DNA of 63,629 nucleotides, counting the filler. It is 12 parts of 12 records of this genome, joined end to end, with 100 filler letters (N's around TTAATTAATTAA, not from the genome) between each part and the next. Parts side by side here need not be neighbours in the genome. Positions count along the whole stretch, not along the records: positions 19,902 to 26,383 come from SRR15195285_1479; positions 26,484 to 30,592 come from SRR15195285_1480; positions 30,693 to 34,684 come from SRR15195285_1484; positions 34,785 to 39,592 come from SRR15195285_1485; 8 more parts are not named here. One strand, given 5' to 3'. The notes below the pieces were generated by a model. That model saw only the letters and a list, made by a program, of their open reading frames with translations, was not told where the DNA came from and searched no databases. The position numbers were made by a program, and so were the translations under genes. Of this stretch, positions 23,553 through 37,138 are shown piece by piece; the first letter of the stretch is position 1; each line of letters opens with the position of its first letter.

Positions 23553-25583
23553 TTACTCCGGGGTTATCATGTCTCTGATTTTTGCAACCCACCGAACACG
23601 CTCCGACTCTTCATCGGCAGCAAGAATGTACTCTTTGTTCTTCTTTGTTTTGGTGATGATGGTGAAAGCAAATTTTCCCTCTTCGGTTGGATCCGGCGCC
23701 ATGGCGACCTCTGTGATGGTTGATGCATATAGGTTGCCCTTCAACTCCGGCTTCGCGGCCACCCGGTACCAGTTGATTCCGACATCATCCAGCACGAAGT
23801 AGCGTCGCTGCCACTTGCTCTTACGCTTCCCACCTAACTTGTACAGATCGCCTCGCATACCGGTTGTCGACCCACTCTGCGCTGTGAAAACATCTGCCAT
23901 TGCAGCGTCGACGGCTCCTTGATCAATGTGTTCTCGTCGAGTGTCAGTCAGCCGGTCCAGTGACCCAAAATACTCCTGCAGGTCACGCGAGTGTCTACAG
24001 GCCTCCATAAACTCCTCCTTATCCAAGGCACCGTCGCCATCTGAGTCGTAGTTAGCGAAACTACTCTGAAACTTCATCCGCAAGCCATCTTTGTGCGCAG
24101 CCGTGCCCATCATGAGCGACGAAACGAGCAGCTGAAATTCTGGCTCCTCGATGCTACCACTGTTGTCCACGTCGAACACTTTAAAGGCAAACCCGTATCT
24201 CTCGTCCGGACCCCCAACCCCCATCGTGCTCGCCAGTGCAAGGACGTATGCCTTGTAGTTCACAGTTTCCTTCTCGTTCACCTTGCAGAACCACTCGAAG
24301 TGTTCCTCGGCGCTGGAAGCTTCCACGCTGTCCCACGCTTCGGTTAGAGCGCCGCTGAACTCCTCCAAGTTTAGTTCATCCTTCCCCAGCTGCTTAAAGC
24401 CCTCGTCAAGCACTGACAAATCTTCAAATTCCTTACCTTGTGTGAGCTCCCGGACCATCCGCTCCACTCGCAGGGCAGCCATCACCCCGGCTAGCCGCTG
24501 CCCTACTACCAGTCCCCTGATCGCCGCTTTGAATTTGCGCTTGGCGTTCCACTTCCTCAGCCTCTTGGCCGCTCCGCTGAGCTCCTCCCGAGACGCCCCG
24601 CCAGTCAGCCACGGTTCTTCCATCAGCTCCTCGCAAGTTGGCCGCTCGGCCGATTCCTTGTTGCACATTTTCATGATTAGGTCCTTGCAGTCCTGCGACA
24701 CGTTGCTCCACTCCTCATCTGGGAAATCAATTTGGGCGTCTTTAACCATCTTCAAGATTTCTGCCTGCTCATCGCCGTAAAACGGCGGGTAGCCACACAC
24801 GAGAATGTACATGATGACACCCATGCTCCAGATGTCTACCTCTGTCCCGTAGCCTACGTACGGCTTGGTTATCACCTCCGGAGCAACGTAGTCCGGCGTG
24901 CCGCACGGATCTTTCAGCGTCTTCTCTCCTGGCGCGCACTCAGACGCCAGCCCGAAATCCGCCAGCTTGATGGGAGCGTTCGGATCGTCGTTGCCGTCCT
25001 CCGACGCAAGCAGGTTTTCCGGCTTCAAATCACGATGCACAATCCCGTTGGCATGGCAGTGTTGCACCGCGCTTACCAGCTGGACCATGATCGCAGCCAC
25101 CTCCATCTCCGAATACGGTTTCGGATCATCCCTCAGCTCATTCTTTTCCACCTTTTTGATAATAATATCGAAAAGCTCGCCCCCGCACATGTACTCGAGC
25201 ACGATATCGTACGTCGTGGTCGTCTCGTACAGCGCCTTGAACTCGATGATGTTCTTGTGCTTGCCGACCTTCTTCATGAACCCGCACTCCTGCACCAGCG
25301 ACTCCGTCGTGAACTCCGGGTGGTTCTTGTTGACCATCTTCACTGCGCACTTCTCACCCGTCTTCCGGTTCGTCGCTAGCTTGACCGCCGAGAACGCGCC
25401 GCTGCACCACGCAAAGCGCGCGGGCGACAAGGGTCAGTGTCACCAGGACAGGTGCGCAGGCGCTGCGAGCTTGGGCTGTTGGCTGCGGCATCGGACTCAC
25501 GTTCCCAGCTCCCGCCCGAGCTTGTAGTCGTCCGACACCTTGCCCGGCGACAGCAGTTCCTCCAGTTGACCCGGGATATCCAT
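23553..25583 (-). CDS. Ca2+/calmodulin-dependent-type Ser/Thr kinase with EF-hands and a C-terminal PH domain
   Basis: LG|TGAFSAV (intron 25402-25500), AVK, HRDLKPEN, DFG, GTPDYVAPE; CaM-binding-like helix KWNAKRKFKAA; EF loops DVDNSGSIEEPE and DSDGDGALDKEE; PH motifs RGDLYKLG...WQRRYFVL...ERVRWV. Confidence 0.92.
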
Positions 25584-26483
25584 GGCGGGCGCGCAGGCGA
25601 CGGCTCTTCCGGGTTCAGCGCGCGCTCGCGCGGCTGCACAGCGGCAACGCGAATTTGTTCAGCCACCCGCACACACACCTCCGACAATCACGTGCCAGCC
25701 TAGCGATGCGTGAACAGCGCGGCGCGGAGCCTACTCCCGCTGCGCGCAGCCGCGCAGCCACGAGAGCTCGCCCGGGCTCGCGGCACGCCCGCCAGAGCTG
25801 CGCATCGCAAGGCGCGGCGTGGCGTGTTGGGGCTGCGCACCAAGTGTCGACAAGTCGCGTCAATCCGACAACCTCCCCACCGCAGGCCCTCCCGCCCTTC
25901 ACGCTCCCTCCCCTCCCAGCTTCCCCCCACCCCCCCCGGCCTATCCCCGCAGCATCCCCTCCCCCCCTGGCTCCCTTCCCTCCTCACCCCGTGCCGTGTG
26001 GCTCGTAACCGCGTAACGTCGGGTGCTGTAACGCCGTGGGTGCTCCAGTAGGCGCTCCCGTCCCAGCCGATGGCGTGGCCTCCCGGGAGGCCTACACTAC
26101 CGCCCCTCTACCACTCTCAAACCCAATTTTATATAGAAATCCTAGTACTGTTCATCACTGTCCATCGATCGGTCTGGATGTAATGTCTAATGATGACCTG
26201 GCCGCACAAATGAGTGGAGGAATGAGTGGAGGAATGACTGACTTTCCACTGCAGTCTGCACTCGTGGCAGCCTTGCACTTGCAGTCTACCCCGGCGCTTG
26301 TAAAGTCAAAACAGTGGACACATGTTTGTTTCCAGACAACCAGCCGGCGGGACAGCCAGGTCGGCAGGCGCCTCCTCTTTTGGNNNNNNNNNNNNNNNNN
26401 NNNNNNNNNNNNNNNNNNNNNNNNNNNTTAATTAATTAANNNNNNNNNNNNNNNNNNNNNNNNNNNNNNNNNNNNNNNNNNNN

Positions 26484-29400
26484 AAGAGTGATGAAATCGC
26501 CCAAAGCATTGAAGCAAAAATTGATGCACTAGCAGCTTCTGACGATTTGAATCAGATTACAAAGGCGCTGACTGAATACGGTGATGCTGGGGATCGCTTC
26601 GTCCATTCCCTGGCTGCGCTGAAAAAGCGCCGGAATGAGCTCCTGGACGAAATTGGCTCTAAGTTCAAGGCGGTGATGAATGCTGAAAACCCACATGAAA
26701 TTGAGGCAGTGTTGGATGAAATTGCTGTTGACACTGGCGAAGACTTGCGGGTGGAGCGCGCCGCGTTAGTCAAGCGCAAGCGCGAGCTCATCGAGCACGC
26801 GAACGAAAAGATGCAGGTTCTGATGTCATCAGAAGATTTTCCAGCAATCTCTGCTGCAATCGACGCTTACGAAAGCTGGGGGGAGGCTACTGCGACCGCG
26901 TGGGCTCGGCTTCGCGAGCATTGGATGGGTCAGTTGGACCAAGTGAAGAAGAATCTTCGTGATCTATGCGCAGAGACTCAGCCGACGGTGATCGATGACT
27001 TCCTCAAAAAGCTAGACGGTATGGATCTGGAAATGCTGTCCCGAATCGAGACCGAAATGCAAGCTGCTCAGGCTCGACGTGAGGGTCTCATTGAGTCTGC
27101 TACGGACAAGATTCGTGCTCTCAGCGCGGACGATCGTGCCTCAATCCTGCAGATCGAAGAGGCACTGCAAAAGTATGCTTCCTACCCAGGCATTGAAGCT
27201 GCTCTCAGTGGTCTCGAAGGTGCCAAGGAGCAGGCTATTACCCGAGGACAGGAGGAGCTCAGGGCTTCGATAGAGTCCGAAGACGTAGCAGAAATCGACA
27301 AAATGATTGCAAAGCACAAGAAAGAATCAGGCTTATACTTGGACGACTTGGTTGAAGATGTGGTGGATCGTCGGAGAACGCTTATGCAAAGGCTCTTCGA
27401 CCAAATTGACGAAGTTTCCTACAGCGAGCAGGTTAACAAAATGGCTGAGTTGATAATTGCGGCGGAAGAGTTCGGAGCAGATGCTAGTGAACAGATGGGA
27501 TTCATGCAACGTCGCAGGGAAGAAGTTATCGCCACTGTCGTCCAAAGGCTGCAGATGTTGTCCCGTTCAAATGACTTTGGTGCAATCGCCGCCGCTATGC
27601 AGAAGTACGAAGATTTCTGTCCAGAAACCGCTTCTGCTTACGAGGCTGTGAAAGACCGCTGGGACGGACTGGTTGAAATGGCGAAGACGCAGTTAGAGGC
27701 CTTGGCCATGAGCGATAACCCCGCACAGATTGCTGCTGGTCTCAAGACGTATGATGGCTGGGGTGGAGACCTGGAAGCAGCAAAAGACAATGCTATACGC
27801 AGACTCACTGACCTTTTGGAGCAGGCGCGAGAGAGCATCAAAGAAATTTGCGAGAATCCTGACGTTGCTATAAAGGATGTTGAGGATGCTATCGTGAAGC
27901 ATGCCGCATACCCAGACATCGACGATGAAAATGCTGCCCTCGCAATGCACCTATCAAAGAGAGTTGCTGTCGTGCAAGATCAGCTTGCTATTTTGCGCGA
28001 GTCCGATGATATCTCCGAGGTCGGTGCGGCATTAGCTCAGCATAAGGGAACTTCAGATCGGATCGAGACAGCCGTTCGAGACCTCGAGCACCACATGGTT
28101 GGGCTAGGCCGGCGCATGGCGGACAGACTTCAGAGGCTGCTGAAGACGCAGGATCTTGACGATATTGATAAGGTCATCGCAGACTCGGTAGTGTATGGAG
28201 AGTCAGTTGAGGATGCTCGGGATAAGCTCTCTGACCATCGGCGGAAGATCCTACGTTTGGCTGCAGAAGAGATCGCAGAGCTTACTCTATCTGACGATTT
28301 TTTGGCTGTACAAAACGCCCTGTTTAAGTATAAAGACTGGCCTGAGGAGACTCAGCAACACGTGGAACGACTCGAGAATCACCGAAAGATGCTAATCGAC
28401 GGCGTGAAAACAACCTTGAGTGGGTTGCGTTCCGCAGTAAGCATCCAGGAAATTGATTCGGAGCTCGCAAGATTCGAGCCGTATGGACAAGAAATAGCCG
28501 AAGAAATTGAAGCTGCCCAGAGGCGCAAGGACGAGCTGTTCGAGGATGCAACAAAGGAGATGGAGACCTTGGCAAAGGATGATAGCAAAGACATTGTCCA
28601 AATTGAGGAAATGATTGCGAAGTATGAACACTATCCGAATGATGTTCGACGCGCGCGTGACCAGTTAAAGACAGAACTAGCAAAGCTGGTGGCAAAGGTA
28701 CGAGAGGAACTGCGCATCGTCGTCAGGTCGAACGACTTCAAGGCCGTTGCACAACAGTTGGACAAGTATGCAAAAACGCCTTCTGCGCAAATCGCTGGAG
28801 TTGTCGCCGAGCTGCGCCAACGCCAGGATAATCTTGTTGTGGTTTTCTGCCAAGAACTCGAGAAAGGCAAGAGTCTGGAGAGTCCTGTGCAGATTGATGA
28901 GCTACTGGATAGGGCCCAGGCGTACGAGGGTATGCCTGGGATCAAGCAGGGCATGAGAGCTTTGCAAGAGCGGCGCGTAGTGCAAATGCGCGCCTGTCGT
29001 CAGCACATCAAGAAAATGAGCCGCTCAGAGAATTTCAGAGAGATCTGTGAAGCGGTAGAGCTGTATGAAAAGTATCCCGAAGACATCAAGGTTGAGTGGG
29101 AAATTCTGCAGTCTTACCGAGACCAGCTTGCAGAAGAAGCGAAGGCGAGGCTGAAAGAACTGGCCGCGTCCGAAGACCCTAGCTACCTGCAGTTTGAGCT
29201 CGAGAAGTACGAGGCTTTCGGTGATCTGCTTGGCAATGAAGTGGACGAAGTGCAAGATCGAAAATCAGAGCTGATCAAAATGGCACTTGAACAGCTTGAA
29301 ACAATCATGGCCGATGAGGCAACGGACATGAAAGTGATTGGCGAAAAGCTCGTCGAATACGGTTCATATCCTGGGATTGACACGATGCGAATGAAGCTGC

Positions 29401-30592
29401 AAACCAAGCTGGACGATTTAGTTGCCAGTGGAAAAGCTGAAATCATAAAAGCCATGGACAGCATCGACGTTGAGCTGGTGTCAAAGGTACTGCAAAAGCA
29501 CGAGAGCTCGGGAGAATACCTGGATGCGGCACTGCAGACGCTGGAGCAACACAGGGACCGCCTTGAGTCCAAACTGCTTGGTCGGCTTGCTGACACAATG
29601 TCTGAGCAAGACCTGGCCAAAGTGAAGGCAGAGCTGCAGAAAGTCGAACACTTGAAGGAGAACCCAGCCTTCGCATCTATGATTTCAGAGGTCCAAACAC
29701 ATTTTGATAGTCTGCGACAACAGGCGATCTCCAAGCTTGATGAGGCGTTATCCCAGGAGAGACCGAAGGACGTTGCTAGTATGCTCTTGGATACAACCCT
29801 AGCAGAGGTGGACGAAGACATCCGGGTGAAGTTCGATGAGTTACGTGCTCGATATGTGGAGCTGACAGACCTTGCCAGAGACAAGCTTGTAAGTGCTTTG
29901 GGCGAGGAATCGCCGGACCATATGAAACAAGCTTTGGACGATACAACTGACTTCAAGGTGGATTTAGAACACGAGCGCAAAAGTGTTGCAGAACGGCGTG
30001 CTAGCTTAATAGACGGTGTGCAAAAGGAATTACGTGCAATTGGCATGCAAAGTGATTTTAAGGCCCTTGAAGAGGCCCTGGAGAAGTACAAGAATTACGC
30101 GGCCGAGACGCAGCGCGACTGGAATGCGCTGCAACGTAGAAATGAGGACTTAGTTGAGAATGCGAAGAAATCGTTGCGCAATCTCCAAGGGTCCAAAGAT
30201 CCTAGCTACATCGATGACCAAGTCAAAATCTTTGAGCAGTTTGGCGATCTCGTGGAACAAGAGCGTACTGCAGCATTGGCCAGACGAACCGAGCTCATCG
30301 AAGGAGCCAAGTCAGAGATGCAAGCGTTGGCAGGTGCAGATGTCGCTTCCAACGTAAAGAAAATTGCTGAGGTACTGAATCGGTTTCGGATGTTTCCAGA
30401 GGCGGACAGCGATCGCAAGCTGCTCGACGAAATGCTCCGCGGTGTTGTGAAAGAGCACGACGAGCTCTTGCGCCACGCACTGCGGTCAGACGACGTCCAA
30501 GAAGTCGACAATGCACTTGCGAAATGCAAAGCTGTGGGGTTAGATGAGTACCTTGGACAACAGATAGAAGACACGAAGCGATATCGATTCAA
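26484..30592 (+). CDS. Fragment of a giant alpha-helical repeat protein (about 48-aa repeats), open at both ends
   Basis: One uninterrupted frame spans the whole contig, with recurring S-x-D-[FPVI]-x-x-I...Y-x-x-[YFW]-[PG]...R-x-x-L units. Confidence 0.85.
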
Positions 30593-31131
30593 NNNNNNNN
30601 NNNNNNNNNNNNNNNNNNNNNNNNNNNNNNNNNNNNTTAATTAATTAANNNNNNNNNNNNNNNNNNNNNNNNNNNNNNNNNNNNNNNNNNNNGGGCATAA
30701 GGGCCCCTTATGCCCGGTGTCAACGTCACCGTCGAATCGCATGCTGCTACGCTGGAGACAATCAATCGTGGAGTGGACGGCTGGCGAGCAGTGTGGATGG
30801 CAGTGTCATTCCGCAAGGCAAAGGCACAGGTGGCTGCTAGATGGGAATGCGTGCAATGCGCTGTAGCGTGCAGCTGCGAACCGGACCCAATGCCACTGGG
30901 ACTGATGAGTCACCGAATGCTGAGATCGAATGTTTCATGATGCCCATTCTGCACCCCGGGCTTAAAAGCGGCTCGAGAGTTTACAGGGCGTGCTTGCGGC
31001 AACTCTCCCTTGTGCAGGGTCCAATCTGGGGTAGAGGGTAGGTCAGACTCGCCACATGGAGTACATTCGCTGTGCACGCCATGTCATTTAGCCCACGCGT
31101 CGTGCAACAACAGTACTAAGATTGTGCTGAA

Positions 31132-34100
31132 CTACAGCTCATGCTGTGGGTGCACAACTAGCAACCGGTCGCCTTGGGTTTCGCCAGCCGCTTTGTCAGG
31201 TTCGCGCACCGACAGAAGCACACGATCTTTCGTGTGCAGTCGCTTGATGACCAACGTCACGACAGTGCGTTCCATTTTTAGGTCTTCCTCCCCGCCATCG
31301 CGCGCAGTGGCTTGACCCTTCGCAGTCGACACATCCCCACCCACGTCGCCTTCCTCCTCTTCCTGCAAATGTTCGAGATACCAATTAATTAGGTCCTCCT
31401 GTCGCATGCCGTCCCTGGCTGCGCTGTCGCGACGTAACCGATGTACCAGCAGCGTTGAGATGGTTTCGTACTTCGCGTGTGTAAGCTTTAGCTTCTTCTT
31501 TTGGCGGGGCTGGGCCGAAGAAGCACTTGCCTCAGCAGCTGCAGCTGGACCATCTGCGCTCGCTGCAGGGCCACTATCGCCCGAAACATGCTGGTTCGCG
31601 TCCGACGCAGAACTGGCAGCAGACTCGCCACCAGCCACCTCATCTGTGCTGTCCTCAGATTCGTGTTTTGACCCTTCCGCTTGGTCTGCCTTTGCAGCGT
31701 CACCCTCAGTGCCACCCTCATCCTGTCCGTCGGCTTGCCCGTCGGCACTATCACCACCGTCACCCTCATCAGGAGGCTGACCCGCACCACTACCAATGTC
31801 CACCTCGTCGTCGTCAGCATCGTCAAGGCTGATATCTTCGGAGTCTACAGTAATGTGTGTCTGCTTCAGCAACCGAAACGCTTCGCGGACATACTTTGGC
31901 TTCACTTCGTCATCGCAGTGTAGCTTCGCTAGTGCCTCTGCAAGTCGAATCATTGATTCAAGCTGCCGCACTGTGATACGATACGCAGATTTCCCTAGTC
32001 CGGACATGTCGGTTTCTCGCAGCTTTCTATAGTTCTCTATCAGGAGACGATAAGCTGGGCTATCCGTTTTCACCTCTGGCGTAAACCGTTTCGCGTACTT
32101 GAGATAGCGGCTCAGTTGCTCGCTGCTGTAGATGGCCTTGTTTGGGACGTCGTTGCCCTGGTGCAAGGAGCAGATTTGGTCCGCAATGCACCTGTCTATG
32201 TCCGCGTTGCACTCGTCAACGCAGATGAAAAACAGGTCAAACCGAGACATGATAGGAGCAGATATGTCGACGTTGGAGCGCAGCGTCTTGGACGTGTCGT
32301 AACGACCATACACAGGGTTGGCTGCTGCCAGGACTGATGCGCGGGCGTTGAGAGTAGCCTGTATGCCAGCTTTCGCAATTGAAATCGTTTGCTGCTCCAT
32401 GGCTTCGTGAATCGCCACCTGATCGGTAATGTCCATTTTGTCGAACTCATCAATGCAGCAAATGCCGTTGTCAGCCAGCATCAAGGCACCGGCTTCGATA
32501 CAGAATTCGCCAGTCTCCGAGTCTTTCATAACAGCAGCAGTGAGACCAGCTGCACTACTTGCACGGCCCGACGTGTAGATTGCGCGTGGCATGAAGTTGA
32601 CCACCCATTTTAGGAACTGGCTCTTCGCAGTAGACGGGTCGCCGACGATGCAAACATTGAGGTCGCCGCGCAGGTTGATGCTCTCTTTTGTTTTCTTGTG
32701 CACTCCGCCCAGCAGCATGAGCAGGATCCCACGCTTAATCTCTTCGTGCCCGAAGACATTCGGGGCGATACTTTTGTAAATCTGCTCGTAGATTCTAGGA
32801 TGGTCTTTCATTGAAGCGATCTCTTGCCGCTCTTCAGCTGTGAAAGTCTGCATGATCGTCTCTGGCATTTCGCCCTCCGATGACTCCTGTGGCGACTGCC
32901 AGTCGAAGTTGGATTCTACAGGGTGCACGCTGCTCGCCATAAAGCACATCCGGTAGTGCAGGTCGCGCACGCCTAGGGCCTTTAGCCCTTGCACGCCATC
33001 GCGCGCCGTGTTCGCCTCGCTGCTACTCATAGCCTCGGCGCGATCACCGTACATGGAGCTAGGTGCCACCTCTGGCATGACGGTCAGCATGCCAGTGAAG
33101 ATGCACTTGTCCCCCGCTTTGCACTTCTCAACAGCTTCGTGCCGGAGAATGATGTCCATCGATCGCGGCATGGATCCGGCCGGGATCTCGCTGCTGTTCT
33201 CTTGTACCCGAACCTTTTGGAAATCCACGAACGAGCTTTTGTCCATCTGCAGCTCCCACTTGTTGCGGTTGCCGCAGGTGGGATTGGTGCAGATTTGTGG
33301 CTGCGCAACATTCGCGACAAGGTGCTTAGTCCAGTGGCAAACTACGGCCGAAGACGGCGCGAAAGGAAGGAGATCGCACCTCGGTGTACTTGAACTGCTG
33401 CACGATGCCGTCGATCGTGGTTCCACACGCTTGGCAGTCGAACGACGCATCGATCAGCTCGGGGCGCACCTCGGACGTCCGCGTCACCGTGGCAGAGATG
33501 GTCAGCAACTTGCCGACAACCGCAGTTTTCAGCTCCCGCAGCCTAGTGAGAACGCACCGTCAGCGGGTCAGCGAGCCGCGGCGCATCCGAGCTGGCGCAC
33601 AATATGCAGAGGGCGCGCCTCACTTTTCGACTTGTGGGAGGTCGTAGATGGACAGCCAGAATTTCTTGGCACCGTTCTCAGCCAAGCTCCCCGCCGTCGT
33701 GGCGTGGTAAAACTGAGGGTTGGCCTGCTTGATGTAGCTCGTGACGGCATCCCGCAGGAAAGGCTCATAGCTGCGTGACGCAAGCAGCAGCGTGAGGAGG
33801 TAGACTCACACAGCGTTGTCGATTGGGCGCAGAGCGCTGCTGGCGGGCGCACCGGTAGTACTCGGACGTGATTTCCGTCGCCATCGCCGGATCAAACTGA
33901 ACAATTGCGCGCGGGTGTGACCAGGGTGCGGACGGGCGAACAGGCGCTGAGCGGGGGCGGGGGCGGCAGCGCAGCACGCAAACCATGGGCTCACATCCAG
34001 CAGGTGGCTATAGTCGACGTTGAGCGTGGTGTACCACGTATCCTTCATGTGCTGGACCCGTCCCGCGTACTCCGTACTGAATTGTCGCGCCGGGTCCCCT

Positions 34101-34405
34101 TCCTCGGCGTCACGCGGCCGTTCGTATCTGCAGGAGCCCAGCAAAACACACCCCGCGGACCCTCAGTCGTGTACACGGAAAGCCACCCGCTCTGTCCGTC
34201 GGTCTGCCTCTGTGAGACTGCGCCGCGTGCCGTGTCCCGTGTCCCGTGCGCCGTGCGACGTGTGTTGTGGGGTGGGGCTACGGGTATGAGGGACTGAGTG
34301 GGCGCAAGCTTACGTCTGCAGGAAGCGCAGGAAGGAGTTCTTGACGAACATCTCCTGGCTGTCCGGGTCATTCGGGTTCACCCCGACCGCCTCCTCCTCC
34401 GCCAT
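31132..34405 (-). CDS. MCM6: DNA replication licensing factor MCM6, multi-exon
   Basis: VTRTSEVRPEL, FKYTE|PQIC, FVDFQKVRVQENSSEIPAGSMPRS, Walker A GDPSTAKSQ, IDEFDKM, arginine finger SRFD, ITVRQLES and a C-terminal winged helix. Several short 5' introns lie between 33300 and 34315. Confidence 0.95.
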
Positions 34406-34784
34406 CTGAACCCCGCACTCAGCTTGTCGAGCTCGATACAGCCTACAGCTTTGGGATCAGCTGCAGCCCCCCGCCAGCCCCCAGTATATCGTCTACAGCC
34501 ACCCCTCCACTAAGCAGGGCGAACGGCCCGCCTTGCCCTCTTCAGCACTCAACTCAGGCCACCGCCCCCCTCCCACTCTATAACCGACAGCTCTCGCCGA
34601 GCCCGCCCCGACCTCCCCCCACCACCCGAATCGAAAAGGCAACGGGACTGCGGACCTCTCCCTCTCCCTCTCCTTCTCCCTCTCNNNNNNNNNNNNNNNN
34701 NNNNNNNNNNNNNNNNNNNNNNNNNNNNTTAATTAATTAANNNNNNNNNNNNNNNNNNNNNNNNNNNNNNNNNNNNNNNNNNNN

Positions 34785-36305
34785 CTGCTGCTGCTGCTGC
34801 TGCTGCTGCTTCGTGGTTTGCCGATACTAGGTTTTTGATGTTCAGCTGTTTCCAAAGCCACCGCTTGGCTTCGAGCGTGACGGTCGGCTTCAACTGCATG
34901 TTCAAGTGTTTTCAGTTGGCCTCTAGTTTCTACGCCAGCGTGCAAAACGCCGAAAAAACAGCCGTCCGGGTACGATAAACGCAGCCGAAGGCACGCAAGC
35001 AGCCCAGAAGCTGTAGACACTTCTCCTCCAGCTGCCGGCCCAACGCCGGCAGTTCCAGCTGCCGATGCAGCATGAACAATGTTGTGACTACTGTTGATGT
35101 GCTGTCGAAGCCATCCGGCGCCGCCGAGAATGAGGTCGTAGCGTGGCTCAAGCCCAGGCATTCCAGCTGCAAGCCCGTAATCATCATGGAGCTGCCGCCA
35201 GCGCTGGTGTCGGATCCAGCCAGTTGTCATCGGCTCGCGCTTCTGGTTAAACGTTAGGCTTGGAGGGTATGATGGCGCCTTTTGCTCTCGCCTATACAAC
35301 AGCATATAGACCAATGATAAAAGAGCTGGTGGCGCAATAGCCAGCGTTATCGTCCACCTACCTTGCTTCAGCACACCGACTGCCGGGCCCATGCAGTCGC
35401 GCACCGTCCGCAACTCGGCTACGGATACCCGCGGCTCTATTTGTTCCGTCTTTACTGGCATTGCGCCGCTGGCGGCAAAGACCCAGAGTCTGAGACCGTG
35501 GGTATAATTTCCGCCTGGCATTTAGCTCAACCTCAACTGCCCAATCGATTCTGTACACGCGAATTGTTGGCAAGTTGGTGCTTTCGCCGGTGCCGAACAG
35601 CGCGCTGTTCAAGCGAGCATTGTTGCGCTGCCGGCGGCTAGTCTCACACGCGTCATCCCATCGCAACAGCCGAAGCAGCAAAGTAATTCTCTCAGTCACT
35701 CAACTGTTCGGCTCTATCAAAATGGTGTTGTTTGACGTCTGTGAGTGAATGGCATCGACTCACAGAGGCTGTTGCGACTCACGGCGGCCTGCGAGGTGTG
35801 GTGCGCTGAGAACGACAGCCTGTACACTATCTCCCAAGAGCGCTGCGGTACCAATGGCGGCAATACCGTCGCCGCTAACCTGCAAGATTCTTCGTGGCGA
35901 TACTGCAGCCGCTGGCGGAACTGCATGGTTTGAAGTCGACCATGGACGCGTTGAAGCCAGCCAACTCAATAGCACTAGCTCGTCGGCATGCGCTGAGCTC
36001 TCGCTGTCGACCGCTCCGTCCGGAACCGTCGTCAACACGCAGTTGGCAGCGCCATCCACGCTGACAGGCACTGCGGCCAGATCGCTGCGGCACGGCAGTG
36101 CCGTCCCGTCCGTCACCTCTGCCTCCTGCGCTTGAGAGGTGTTCGACAGCCTTGCATCTTCCGCTGAGCCGCCGGCCTCGTCGTCTTGCTGCACTGCTGA
36201 GACGAACGCGAGCCGGCGACGTTTTACAGCGTGCAGCCAGTCATCTGCTGCTGGCTCTCGCTTCCCGCCACCGAGCCTGGCTGTAGCGCCTAGATCTGCC
36301 GCCAT
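34785..36305 (-). CDS. Hypothetical protein (one spliced gene or two), 3' partial
   Basis: Successive minus-strand ORFs start at the ATG at 36305 and run into a (CTG)n repeat at the contig end. No recognisable domain. Confidence 0.35.
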
Positions 36306-37138
36306 GCACCCTGCAGTTGATTATTGCCAGAATCTGCGCCAAGCGCCACGATCGTGCAACCCGCTCGGCGGCGCCCACGCCCTCTATCTAGCTAGTCCGT
36401 CGAGCTAGCTGCTGCTGGCGCCACGCACGCGCGCGCGCGCATGCATCGCGATCGCATGGCGTGGCCACGCGCTCGCTGGCCACGCGCCCCATACTTTTTG
36501 GGAATGGAATGGAACCAAGCGCCGGTATTCATTCCGATGGGGACCAGGTCCACCTGGGTGAGGCTGACGGGTGATTTCTGATTTGAGGTCCTGAACCAGC
36601 AGTAAAATCGAAAATGCTCAGCCGACACAAGCAAGCCGCACATGATGCACAGCCCAGGCGGTCATGCGCTGCGCCAGCCGCCATTATCGGACTGTTGCAT
36701 CAATCCTCAATGTTGCATCATTCATTGTCAGACGATTATAGGCTAATGAATTCCTACTGTAAGTACGCGGGGGCGCCATCTCCGCGCGATGCGCGCTCGA
36801 TACGCCTACGTAGACTGTAGCGCGCGCCTCGTTGTAAACACTTCGTTACAAACCGAGTAGCAGCTAACGCGCCGCCGGACGACGGACAGGGGTGCGCCTG
36901 GGCTCTGCCATCGGGTACATTGCTGCGCTGGTACGTAGCAGCACCGCGCCAGGGGCGCGCCTGGCTGAGCCCTGAGGTTTCCTCGTGCCAGAATCGCTCG
37001 ATTTTGGGAGCTTAGCGAAGCAGGGAAGTTGGATTTGACTTGACTGCGAGCGACTGGTTTGCTGGGTTCTCGGGGGGACAGCTCGTCAAAAGGGAGTCCC
37101 CTGTGCGGAACCGACCTCAACAAGGTGGGTCCAGCAGC

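Noticed and set aside
25870-25990. C-rich tract as a regulatory G-quadruplex element
   Set aside because: Low-complexity sequence upstream of the kinase with nothing in the window to support a function.
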